Positions 1 to 12,100 of a stretch of 64,000 nucleotides of DNA are shown in pieces. The notes beneath the pieces were generated by a model. That model was not told the DNA's origin and searched no databases. It saw only the letters and a list, made by a program, of their open reading frames with translations. The position numbers and the translations under genes were made by a program. The DNA is from Mobula hypostoma. Its lineage: Eukaryota. The DNA lies in assembly GCF_963921235.1 (NCBI RefSeq), contig NC_086104.1, positions 4,526,001-4,590,000 of the forward strand, in the 5' to 3' direction. Each line of letters opens with the position of its first letter. Within the stretch, counting starts at the first letter, position 1.

Positions 1-1130
1 TTTCAATGTCCCGCTGTAACCTCTGACAGCCCTCCACACTATCCACAACACCCCCAACCTTTGTGTCAACAGCAAACTTACTAACCCATCCCTCCACTTC
101 CTCATCCAGGTCATTTATAAAAGTCACAAAGAGTAAGGGTTCCAGAACAGATCCCTGAGGCACTCCACTGGTCACCGACCTCCATGCAGAATATGACCTG
201 TCTACAACCACTCTTTGCCTTCTGTGGGCAAGCCAGTTCTGGATCCACAAAGCAATGTCCCTTTGGATCCCATGTCTCCTTACTTTCTCAATAAGACTTG
301 CATAGGGTACCTTATCAAATGCATTGCTGAAATCCATATACACTACATCTACTGCTCTTCCTTCATCAATGTGTTTAGACACATCCTCAAAAAATTCAAT
401 CAGGCTCGTAAGGCACAATCTGACCTTGACAAAGCAATGCTGGCTATTCCTAATCATATTACCCCTCTCCAAATGTTCATAAATCCTGCCTCTCAGGATC
501 TTCTCCAACAATTTCCCAACCACTGAGGTAAGACTCACCGGTCTATAATTTGCTGGGTTATCTCTACTCCCTCTCATGAATAAGAGAACAACATCCGCAA
601 CCCTTCAATCCTTTGGAACCTCTCCTGTTCCCATTGATGATGCAAAGATGTTGCCAGAGGCTCCTCCCTTGCATCTCACAGTAGCCTGAGGTACACCTCA
701 TCCGGTCCCGGCGAATTATCCAACCTGATGCTTTCCAAAAGCACCAGCACATCCTCTTTCTTAATATTTACATGCTCAAGCTTTTCAGTCTGCTGCAAGT
801 CATCACTACAATCACCAAGATCCTTTTCCATAGTGAACACTGAAGTAAAGTTTTCATTAAATACCCCTGCTATTTCCTCCGGTTCCATACACACTTTCAC
901 ACTGTCACACTTGATAGGTCCTTTCACATCTTTCCTCTTGCTGTTCACATAGTTGTAGAATGCCTTGGGGTTTTCCTTAATCATGCCTGCCAAGGCCTTC
1001 TCATGGCCCATTCTGGCTCTCCTAATTTCTTTCTTAAGCTCCTTCCTGTTAGCCTTCTAGATCGCTAACATTTCCTAGCTCTTTGAACCTTTTGTAAGCT
1101 TCTCTTTTCTTCTTGACTAGATTTAGACAA
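1..1130 (-). mobile_element. CR1 LINE fragment (ORF2 linker/RT start)
   Basis: ORF 676-1011 (ENPKAFYNYV...LDNSPGPDEVYLRLL) matches the CR1 ORF2 motifs seen in other copies here; disrupted. Confidence 0.85.
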
Positions 1131-1530
1131 TATACAATAGACAATAAGTGCAGGAGTAGGCCATTCGGCCCTTCGAGCCAACACTGCCATTCACTTTGAT
1201 CATGGCTGATCATCCACAATCAGTACCCCGTTCCTGCCTTCTCCCCATATCCCTTGACTCTGCTGTCATTAAGAGCTCTATCTAACTCTTTCTTGAAAGC
1301 ATCTAGAGAACTGGCCTCAACTGCCTTCTGAGGCAGAGCATTCCACAGATCCACAACTCTCTGGGTGAAAAAGGTTTTCCTCAACTCCATTCTAAATGGC
1401 CAACCCCTTATACTCAAATTGTGGCCTCTGGTTTGGACTGCCCCAAAATCGGGAACATGTTTCCTGCCTCTAGCGTGTCCAATCCCTTAATAATCTTATA
1501 TGTTTCAATCTAGAGCCTTTGTACACCACG
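1131..1530 (-). mobile_element. CR1 LINE 3' end fragment
   Basis: ORF 1220-1417 ...FFTQRVVDLWNALPQ...GYGEKAG plus CR1 3' UTR. Confidence 0.85.
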
Positions 1531-1610
1531 GTTCCTGTACCCTACCATAACTTCCCTGACTGATTGCAACATACCTATGCAGAACTCCACACAGATGTTT
1601 TTTTTAATAT

Positions 1611-1915
1611 ATAGGTATCCGTTAGTCTCATGAGACGATGGATTTGCGCATTGAAAAGTTTCCAGGGTGCAGGCCTGGGCAAGGTTGTATGGAAGACCAG
1701 CAGTTGCCCATGCTGCAAGTCTCCCCTCTCTACGCCACCGATGTTGTCCAAGGGAAGGGCATTAGGACCCATACAGCTTGGCACCGGTGTCATTGCAGAG
1801 CAATGTGTGGTTAAATGCCTTGTTCAAGGACACACACGCTGCCTCAGCCAAGGCTCAAACTAGCGACCTTCAGATCACTAGACAAACACCTTAACCACTT
1901 GGCCACGTGCCAACA
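1611..1915 (-). mobile_element. tRNA-derived SINE with RTE-like 3' tail
   Basis: Minus strand begins TGTTGGCACGTGGCCAAGTGGTTAAGG (A box), degenerate B box, central GTGTCCTTGAACAAGGCATTTAACCAC; 3' part shared with element at 12444-13032. Confidence 0.75.
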
Positions 1916-3000
1916 CACCCACACAAATATCCCCTGAATGTTCGCCACATTTCTTCCGTCCATTTCCCTGAGAACATCTGTTCCCAATTTAAGCTTCCAA
2001 GTTCCTGCCTGATAGCCTCATAATTCCCTTTGCTCCAATTAAACGCTTTTCTAACTTGTCTGTTCCTGTCTCTCTACACTGCTATTGTAAAGGAGATAGA
2101 ATTATGATCACTATCTCCAAAATGCTCAACCACTGAGAGATATGACACCTGACCAGATTCATTTCCCAATACCAAACTAAGTACAGTCTCTCCTCTTGTA
2201 GACTTATCTACATATTCTGTCAAGAAACGTTCCTGAACACACCTAACAAATTCCACCCCATCTAAACCCCTTGCTCTAGGGAGATGCCATCGATATTTGG
2301 GAAATTAAAATCTCCCATCACGACAACTCTGTTATTATTACATCTTTCCAGGATCTGTTTCCCTATCTGCTCCTCGATATCCCTGTTACTATTGGGCAGC
2401 CGATAAAAAACACCCAGTAAAGTTATTGACCCCTTCCTGTTCCTAATCTCCACCCACAGAGACTCCGTAGACAATCCCTCCATGATGTCCACTTTTTCTG
2501 CAGCCGTGACACTCTCTGATCAACAGTGCCACACCCCCATCTCTTTTGCCTTTAGTTTCACAGCCTGAGGGAAAAAGCTGTTCCCCAGTGTGAAACCTCT
2601 AAAACCCGGCATTTGAAGTAACCATTCCTGTCCCTGAGCTATCCAAGTCCCTGTAATGGCCACCACATCATAGCTCCAAGTACTGATCCATGCTCTAAGC
2701 TCACCTGCTTTGTTCACAATACTCCTTGCGTTGAAATAGACACATCTCAAATCGTCGGGCTGAGCACATCCCTTCTCTATCACCTTCCCTCACACACTGT
2801 CTCCCAGCTTTCTCTATTTGTGAGCCAACAGCCTCTTCCCCAGTCTCTTCAATTCGGTTCCCACCCCCCAACAATTTGAGTTTAAACTCTTCCCAGTAGC
2901 CTGAGCAAAGCTCACTGAAAGGATATTGGTTCCCCCTGGGATTCAACTGCAACACGTCTTTTTTGTACAGGTCACACCTGCTGCAAAAGAGTTCCCAATG
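1916..3000 (-). mobile_element. CR1 LINE fragment (end of ORF1, APE endonuclease)
   Basis: CVYFNARSIVNK...YDVVAIT, VVVMGDFNFP, HFGDSDHNSISF in broken ORFs. Confidence 0.85.
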
Positions 3001-3254
3001 ATCCAGAAACCTACCTCACCTCATCGCGTTACAGCCTAAGCCCATTGAGCCAAAGCCCTATCACTCTGCTACACTCTCACTCTGCTGCGCGCTGGTTATG
3101 GTATTTTTCTTTCTAAACTTTTCCTGCTCTACTGGCTGACGTCACTCACCTGGGCAGTCTTGCCTCTCTTTACCCAGAGTAGTAAAATGCCTTCGCTCCG
3201 GAAATTCTGAGCTGTTCCACTCGCAGCTTTCTTGCTTCGAATCTTGCTTCTTGC

Positions 3255-4790
3255 TTAAAAGTTAAGTTGTACCACAGAGGCAAAATTCAAAAGGGCAAGG
3301 AATGCAGGACTGAAGGTGCTGTATTTAAATGTGCCTAGCATTCGGAATACAGTGAATGAACTCGTGGTGCAATTAGAGATTGTTTGGTATGACATTTTGG
3401 GCATCATTGAGTCGTGGCTGAAAGAAGGCCATAGTTGGGAGCTTAACATCAAAGGATGTACTTTGTATCAAAAAGGATGGTCAGATGGTGGTGTGGCTCT
3501 GTTGGTAAGTGATGGAATTACATCTTTAGAAATAAGTGACACTGCCTCAAAAATATTGAATCTTTGTGGGTGCAGTTAAGAAACTGCAAGTGAGAGAAAA
3601 AACATTATAGGAATAATAGATAGTCATCCAGATAGTAGACAAGATGTGGGGGTGATATTGCAAAGGGAGCTGGAAAAAGCATGTAATAAGGGTAATGACA
3701 CAATTGTAATGAAGGACTTCAATGTGCAAGTAGATTGGGAAAATCAGGCTGGCGTCAGAATGCAAGAGAGGGAATTTGTTGAATGCTGACGCGATGGCTT
3801 TTTAGAGCATCTTGTGGTTGACCCTACTCTGGCAAAGGCTATCATAGATTGGAAGTTGTGTAATAACCCAAATCTTATTAGGGAGTTTAACGTAAAGGCA
3901 GGCTTAGGAGGTGGTGATCATAATATGATTGAATTCATACTGTAGTTTAAGAGGGAGAAGCATAAGTCATATGTATCGACATCTCAATGGAGTAAAGGGA
4001 ATTACCGAGGCATGAGAGGGGAGCTTGCCCAGGTGGATTGGAGGAGATACTGGTGGGGATGATGGCAGAGCAGAGGTGGTTGAGGTTTCTGGGGATAGTT
4101 CACAAGGCGCAGGATAGATATGTTCTTTAGAGAAAGAAGTTCTCAAATGGCAGGGGTAGGCAACTGTGACTGGCAAGGGAAGTTAATTACTGCATAAAAG
4201 CCAAGGAAACAGCATATAAGTATCAAACATGAGTGGGAAGTTGGATAATTGGTAAGCTTTTAAAATCCAACAAAAGGCATTTAAAAAAGCTATAAGAAGA
4301 GAAAATATGAAATATGAGGGCAAACTAGCCAATAATATAAAGAAGGACAATAAAAGCTTTTTCAGTTATATAAAGAATAAAAGGCAGGTGAGACTTGAGA
4401 TTAGACCACTGGAAGATGATGTTGGTGAGCTACTAATGGGGGACAAAGAAATGGCAGATGAACTTAATGGGTATGATGCATCTGCCTTCACTGTGGAAGA
4501 CACTAACATTGTGCCAGAAGTCCGTGACTGTCAAGGAGCAGGAGTGAGTGCTATTGCGATTAGAAAGGAAGTAGTTCTAGGCAAACTCAAAGGTCTTAAG
4601 GTGGATAAGTCACCTGGACCAGGTGGACTACATCCCAGAGTCCTGAAACAGGTTGCTGAAGAGATAACAGATGCATTGCACATGATCTTTCAAGAATAAA
4701 TTGATTCTGACATGGTCCGGCAGACTGGAAGATTGCAAATGCCATTCCACTCTTTAGGAAAGAAGGAAGGCAAAAGAAAGGAAATTATAG
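3255..4790 (+). mobile_element. CR1 LINE fragment (endonuclease to RT start), decayed
   Basis: LYLNVPSIRN...YDILGI and VDKSPGPGGLHPRVLK motifs with stops and frameshifts. Confidence 0.85.
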
Positions 4791-4792
4791 AA

Positions 4793-7700
4793 ACCATAGA
4801 AACCATAGAAACTACAGCACAGAAACAGGCCTTTTGGCCCTTCTTGGCTGTGCCGAACCATTTTCTGCCTAGTCCCACTGACCTGCACATGGACCATATT
4901 CCTCCATACACCTCCCATCCATGTATCTGTCCAATTTATTCTTAAATGTTAAAAAAGAACCCGCATTTACCACCTCATCTGGCAGTGCACTCCATACTCC
5001 CACCACTCTCTGTGTGAAGAAGGCCCCCCTAATGTTCCCTTTTAACTTTTCCCCCCTCACCCTTAACCCATGTCCTCTGGTTTTTTTCTCCCCTTGCCTC
5101 AGTGGAAAAATCCTGCTTGCATTCACTCTATCTATACCCATCATAAATTTTATATACCTCTATCAAATCTCCCCTCATTCTTCTACACTCCAAGGAATAA
5201 AGTCCTCACCTATTCAACCTTTCGCTGTAACTGAGTTTCTCAAGTCCTGGCAACATCTTTGTAAACCTTCTCTGCACTCTTTCAACCTTATTTATATCCC
5301 TCCTGTAATTTGGTGACCAAAACAGAACACAATACTCCAGATTCGGCCTCACCAATGCCTTATACAACCTCATCATAACATTCCAACTCTTATACTCAAT
5401 ACTTTGATTAATAAAGGCCGATGTACCAAAAGCTCTCTTTACGACCCTATCTACTTATGACGCCACTTTTAGGGAATTTTGTATCTGTATTCCCAGATCC
5501 CTCTGTTCTACTGCACTCCTCAGTGCCTTATCATTAACCCTGTATGTTCTACCTTGGTTTGTCCTTCCAATGTGCAATACCTCACACTTGTCAGTATTAA
5601 ACTCCATCTGCCATTTTTTCAGCCCATTTTTCCAGCTGGTCCAAGTCCCTCTGTAGGCTCTGAAAACCTTCCTCACTGTCTACTACACCTCCAACCCTTG
5701 TATCATCAGCAAATTTGCTGATCCAATTTACCACATTATGATCCAGATCATTGATACAGATGGCAGATTAATGGACCCAGCACTGATCTCTGTGGCACAC
5801 CACTAGTCACAGGCCTCCACTCAGAGAATCAATTCTCTACCACCACTCTTTGGCTTCTTCCATTGAGCCAATGTCCAATCCAATTTACCACATCTCCATG
5901 TATACCTAGCGACTGAATTTTCCTAACTAACCTCCCATGCGGGACCTTGTCAAAGGCCTTACTGAAGTCCATGTAGACAATATCCACTGCCTTCCCTTCA
6001 TCCACTTTCCTGGTAACATCCTCGAAAAACTCCAATAGATTGGTCAAACATGACCTACCACGCACAAAGCCATGTTGACTCTCCCTAATAAGTCCCTGTC
6101 TATCCAAATGCTTGTAGATTCTGTCTCTTAGTACTCCCTCCAATAACTTACCTACTACTGACGTTAAACTCACCGGCCTATAATTTCCTGGATTACTTTT
6201 CGATCCTTTTTTAAACAACGGAATAACATGAGCCACTCTCCAATCCTCCGGCACTTCACCCGTAGACAACGACATTTTAAATATTTCTGCTAGGGCCCCC
6301 GCAATTTCAACACTAGTCTCCTTCAAGGTCTGAGGGAACACTCTGTCAGGTCCCGGGGATTTATCCACTTTAATTTTCCTCAAGACAGCAAGCACCTCCT
6401 CCTTTTCAATCTGTACAGTTTCCGTGATCTCACGACTTGATTCCCTCAATTCCATAGACTTCATGCCAGTTTCCTTAGTAAATATAGATGCAAAAAACCT
6501 ATTTAAGATCTCCCCCATTTCCTTTGGTTCCGCACATAGCCGACCACTCTGATCATCAAGAGGACCAATTTTATATCTTACAATCCTTTTGCTCTTAATA
6601 TACCTGTAAAAGCTCTTTGGATTATCCTTCACTTTGATTGCCAAGGCAACCTCATATCTTCTCTTAGCCCTCCTGATTACTTTCTTAAGTATTTTCTTGC
6701 ACTTCTTATACTCCTCAAGCACGTGATTTACGCCCTGTTTCCTATACATTTCATACAACTCCCTCTTCTTCTTTATCAGATTTACGATATCCCTTGAGAA
6801 CCAAGGTTCCTTATTCTTATTCAATTTGCCTTTAATCCTGACAGGAACATACAAACTCTGCACTCTCAAAATTTCCCCTTTGAAGGTTTCCCACCTACCA
6901 ATCACATCTTTGCCAGAGAACAACCTGTCCCAATCCATGCTTTTTAGATCATTTCTCATTTCTTCAAATTTGGCCTTCTTCCAGTTCAGAACCTTAACCC
7001 TAGGACATGATCTATCCTTGTCCATGATCAAATTAAAACTCATGATGTTATGATCACTGGAACCAAAGTGCTCCCCGACACAGACTTCCGTCACTTGTCC
7101 TAACTCGTTTCCTAACAGGAGATCCAATATTGCATCCCCTCTCGTTGGTCCCTCTATATATTGATTTAGAAAACTTTCCTGAACACATTTTACAAACTCT
7201 AAACCATCTAGACCCCTAACAGTATGGGAGTCCCAATTAATGTATGGAAAATTAAAATCCCCTACCACCACAACTTTATGTTTCCTGCAGTCGCCTGCTA
7301 TCTCTCTGCAGATTTGCTCTTCCAAGTCTCATTGACTATTGGGTGGTCTGTAATACAATCCCACTAATGTGGCCATACCTTTCCTGTTTCTCAGCTCCAC
7401 CCATAAGGACTCAGTAGACAAGCCCTCTAATCTGTCCTGCCTGAGCACTGCTGTAATATTTTCCCTAACAAGCAATGCTACTCCCCCACCTTTCATTCCT
7501 TTGCTTCGATCACATCTGAAACATCGGAACCCTGGAATATTAAGCTGCCAGTCCTGCCCCTCCTGTAGCCAAGTTTCACTAATTGCTATAACGTCATAAT
7601 TCCACTTGTCAATCCACGCCCTCAACTCATCCGCCTTCCCCGCAATACTCCTAGCATTGAAATATATACACCTCAGAAGATTTTTACCACCACTCACAAC

Positions 7701-7830
7701 CTTTCTATCAGCAGATTTGCTTGAACTTTAAAAATCGTTTATTTTCACCCCAGCCACACTGTCAGCTCTGGCACTCTGGTTCCCATTCCCCTGCAAATCT
7801 AGTTTAAAGCCTCCCCAAAATAGCGCTAAC
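4793..7830 (-). mobile_element. CR1 LINE, most of ORF2 plus 3' UTR, relatively young
   Basis: 122 aa and 498 aa ORFs with APE and RT motifs (GDFNF, SDH, QHGF, YMDFSKAFDKV); (CTATGGTTT)n-type tail near 4795-4810; same subfamily as 41391-46387. Confidence 0.95.
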
Positions 7831-7869
7831 AAGCCTCCCTGAAAGGATATTGCTCCCCCTGTAGTTCAA

Positions 7870-8320
7870 GGCCAATAAGCCTAACTTTAATGGTTCAGAA
7901 AGAGTTGTAGTCCATTATGAAGGATAAGGTTTCAGGGTACTTGGAAACTAATAATGAAATAAGTCAAAGTCAGCATGGTTTCAGTGATGGGAAATCTTGC
8001 CTGACAAATCTGTTAGAGTCCTTCAAGGAAGTAACAAGCTGGGTGGACAAAGAAGAGGCAGTTGATGTCATTTTCTCGGATTTTCAGAAGGCGTTTGACA
8101 AGGTGCCACACACTAGGCTGCTTAATAAGATAAAATCCCCTCTATCAGATCTCTCTCCCCCCAGTCTCCTCAATTCCATGGAATAAAGTCCTATTGTCCA
8201 CTATCTGTCCTTGTAACACAGAACCCCAGGACCAGACAACATCCTGGTGGATCATTTCTGCACTCTTTCTAGTTTAATAACATTCTTCCTATAACAGGAT
8301 GACCAAAACCGTACACAGTA
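7870..8320. mobile_element. CR1 RT fragments in both orientations
   Basis: QSQHGFSDGKSCLTNL...FQKAFDKVPH on plus (7917-8135); minus-strand CR1 3' remnant after it. Confidence 0.75.
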
Positions 8321-8405
8321 CCACTGCCTACAACTGGTCAATTAAACTCAAAGGCAGATGAAACCAGTCTCAGTCTGGGTGACCCCACTCTGGGAATTTA
8401 CTTAC

Positions 8406-8454
8406 CCACTGCACAGACGGACAGAGTCAAGGTTGTGATTATCGCTGCAAACAT
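8406..8454 (-). CDS. Orphan signal-peptide (leader) exon MFAAIITTLTLSVCAV|G
   Basis: ATG at 8454-8452, 16 mostly hydrophobic codons plus 1 nt, then consensus donor GTAAGT (8405-8400); phase 1 as in IgSF leaders; lies in non-repetitive DNA; no downstream exon found in window. Confidence 0.55.
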
Positions 8455-8587
8455 TTCTTCTCGTTTGTTTTTTAAAAACTGAATTTCTGCTCATTCAGAC
8501 TCGATGTTCCCCATTGGTATTTCACAAGTGACTGTTTCCCCTTTGACTTCCCCACATGCTTATTTCAGCGCAAAGGCACGGGGTGTG

Positions 8588-8598
8588 AAGAGGAAGTG
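8588..8598 (+). promoter_or_regulatory. PU.1/Spi-type ETS site AAGAGGAAGTG
   Basis: Matches PU.1 consensus, about 135 bp upstream of the putative leader ATG. Confidence 0.45.
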
Positions 8599-8869
8599 AT
8601 GGGGGAAAGTAGGCAGTCCTGCAGAAACTGCTGAAAAAATACCAACACACAACAGCGTAGCTGAATGTTTTCATCCACATTTAAATGTCTGTCACTGAAA
8701 CTCACTCCTTATGTCCAACACCATACACTATTACCTGTTTGGTTTCTCTTCATTTATATTACTGTATTGCTAGCTACTAATAAATATTATTAGTTAATAG
8801 CAGTACTGGACTCCAAAGTGTTTTCCATCTCTGCTGGTTCTTTATTCCCGTCACGGGGTACGTGACACC

Positions 8870-9100
8870 ATACACCATACTAATATCAGATTCAAGTGTG
8901 AGAACCAAGCCAAGTACACTGTTTCCCCACCAGACTGTAGGGCTCTTTGTGGTCAGGCTGTGAAACACTGTGGTTCCGTTGGCTGCGTATGTCCAGGGAA
9001 TGACAATCTCCAGCCCTGCCAAACGTGGCAAATTGAAGTCCGAGCCCCAAAATCCCCTTGTTTGTGTAGCCCACTGGGCTTGTCCCTCATGTTCGTCTCG
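8870..9100 (-). mobile_element. Old CR1 endonuclease remnant
   Basis: GSDFNLP...SPTVWWGNSVLGLVL resembles CR1 GDFNLP...PTRGDAVLDLVL. Confidence 0.55.
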
Positions 9101-9119
9101 GGGAATCAGCATTCGGCCC

Positions 9120-12100
9120 CGCCAAATCGGGCATTCAAGTTTGGGCGGATGCTGTGTAATGTACCCCAGTACAAACCCACAACGCAAAATATCAGACAGT
9201 ACACCATATGCGATTAAATGATTGCACTTTATAACTCTTACTATGCTGTGTGGTTAGTAGAGAAACAAAACATAAAAGAAAAAGGCGCCACTTTTATTAA
9301 ATAGTTAGTGCACAAAATCGTTGGAGCTCACGCCTCAGGTATTCCACCATAAACGACCTCTGCCGAAACGTCGCTGACTCCCAGACCCTCGGATTCCTGT
9401 ATAAGCCGTCCAGTGATCACCCAGCACTTTCCGCACTCGTCCTTCCTCTTCACTCTCCTCGACCAAAAGCCCACGAAAACCCCGGCTCCAAGACATGCAA
9501 GAAAGAATCACATTTCTCCCAGTGGTCAGCTACCGGTTATCTGTAGTTATAACCCAAACATCACTGCTACAGAGAAACCATTACATCAGCAGTTAACATT
9601 ACAGAGAAGCCATTACATTAGCCTTAGCAGTTAACATTACTGAGAAACCCTACATTCTCGTCCCACTGAATTTAGTCATGCCCTCATGACGTTGAAGTTG
9701 AGATAATTCGCCAACCCTTCCTGCAAAACACAAAGTCCAATCCAAGCGCAGAAAGCAGTGACATAGCTCCCCAGAAGAGTAGATATCATGCCCTGTTCCC
9801 CAGGCACAACAAAGGCCATCTTATCCAGGGGATTCCTAATTCTCTGAGACTTCTGTACCTCCTCACCTAACTCTTCCCGCTCAGATGTTACTGGGGATAC
9901 TTCGGGTCTGCCTGGCAAAACCTCACGCGATTTATCGCTCAAAACCCCTGGCAACTCGGAGCCCCCTGTCTCGTGTTCAGTCCCCACCTACTCTCTTTCA
10001 GGGTCCTGCAGTACCCCAGGCTGCCCAATAGCCCCCCTCACCTCACCTGACTCAGTGGGAGAAGGGCCAGGAGTCTCGTCCTCAATCAATGGGGAGTTAG
10101 CGAAAGGCAGCATGTACCACACATCCAAATCATCATCCTCCGAATCAGTATCCCTCTCATGGGCGGGGCCCGGCCCAGCCTCTCCCCTTGCGGGCTCTGT
10201 AGTCACCCTGTGTTTTCACAGAGTCCTCTTACTAGGTGTAGGCTCCAAGTTGGGCTCTGAGTCTACCTGCACCTCTTGTTCCGATGGTGGTTCCGATGGA
10301 GAATCTTGACAGGCCCATTCCACTCCTCTGGTCTCACCCGGAAAACTGGTACATTTGGCATCTGACTCTCCATCACATAGGGTGTGGGCACCCAGCGATC
10401 AGCCAACTTGCGCTTTTCAGGTAGTCCCAAATTCCTTATGAGGACTCGGTCTCCCATCAGGAGCTGGGAAAACTTCACTTTCTGATCATACCTTCACTTA
10501 TTTCCTCGATTCTGCTTGGCAGGCACAACCCCAGCCAATTCATAAGCCCTTTTCAGCTCTCTCCTCATATCAGACACATACTGCAGATAATGTTTCAGCT
10601 GTACGTCATCCGTGTCAGTCCCAAAACAGAGCTCAATGGGCAACCTTGCCTCGCGCCCAAACATCAGAAAATATGACGAGTACCCAGTAGCTTCATTTTG
10701 TGTACAGTTGTAACAGTGAACCAGATGCCCAATATGTTGACTCCACCTGCTCTTGTTGCTGATCTCCAGGGTCCTGAGCATGTCTAGCAAGGTCCGATTA
10801 AGCCTCTCAGGCTGGGGATCGTCCTGTGGGTGATAGGGCATGGTCCTCGATTTCTCAACTCCAAGCACGCCCAGTAACTCATAGATGAGTCTATTCTCGA
10901 AGTCCTGTCCCTGGGCACTATGTATCCTCTTGGGAAGGCCATAATGAACGAAGTACTTCTCTCATAACACTTTTGCCACCGTAGTCGCCCTCTGGTCCTT
11001 GGTAGGAAAAGCCTGAGCATATCTTGTGTAGTGGTCCGTGATTACTAAGACATTCGCTGTGTTGTTGGCATCGGGTTCTGGGGACAGGAAATCCATACAC
11101 ACCAAGTCCAGGAGCCCTGCACTCTGCAAGTGTGACAGAGGAGCTGCCTGTGTAGGCAGTGTCTTCTGGCGTATGCAGCGAATGCACGACTTGCAGTATT
11201 CTTCAACCTCCGACTTCATTCAGGGCCAGTAAAACCGGTCTCTGAGCAATCTATAGGTCTTTTCCACCCCCAAATGTCCAGAATCATCATGAAGTGACTT
11301 CAACGCAATCTTCCGATACTTCTCAGGCAGAACCAGCTGGGAATGCTAAGGTTGGTCCAGGGGGACGTGACCCGTTATAGGATCTGGTTCCACAACTCCA
11401 ACCGAGGCCATTCTCTCAGTAATGGAGGCACCAAAGTGTGTTTCATCTCCTCCACCTGAGCCGTGTATCCCTTCTCAACCGCGTACCACATAGTGCCAAT
11501 GCCCGGGTCATCTCGGTGAGCAGCTGCCACTTCCCCAGAACTCAATTCTGGCAACTGCTTGGTCTTCAGAGCAGATAGGTTAGAGTAAACTGCGGGTAGG
11601 GCATCATCAGAAGCCCCCAATTGATCCACTGCTCTATCCGGCCTCTCCTTTTCCTCGGCCTTCACGATGATGGTAAAGTGACACATGGCCTTCATCCCTG
11701 GGGCAGGAACGCTCTCCCACTCCTCATCCCTGACCAGTCCCTCATGCATCCGTCAGGACAAAGCATCCGCATCAATGTTCCGGCTGCCCGGCTGGTACTT
11801 CAGGCTGAAATCATAGGCAGACAACGCTGCCAACCACCGATGGCCTGGGGCATCCAGTTTCACCAAGGTCAGGATATAAGTGAGAGGCTTGTTGTGTGTC
11901 TTCACCTCAAACTTGGCCTCATAGAGATAGTCACTCAGCTTATCCACCACCGCCCATTTCAACGCCAGGAATTCCAACTTGTGGGTGGGATAGTTTCCCT
12001 CGGAGGGTGACAAACTCCGGCTGACAAATGCCACAGGCCTCAACCAGGTGTCCTGATCCTGATACAGGATGCACACTAACCCCTCTTGGCTGGCATCTGT

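Noticed and set aside
8960-9217. Cys-rich ORFs suggesting a viral or host gene
   Set aside because: The opposite strand is an old CR1 endonuclease remnant abutting a Gypsy LTR.
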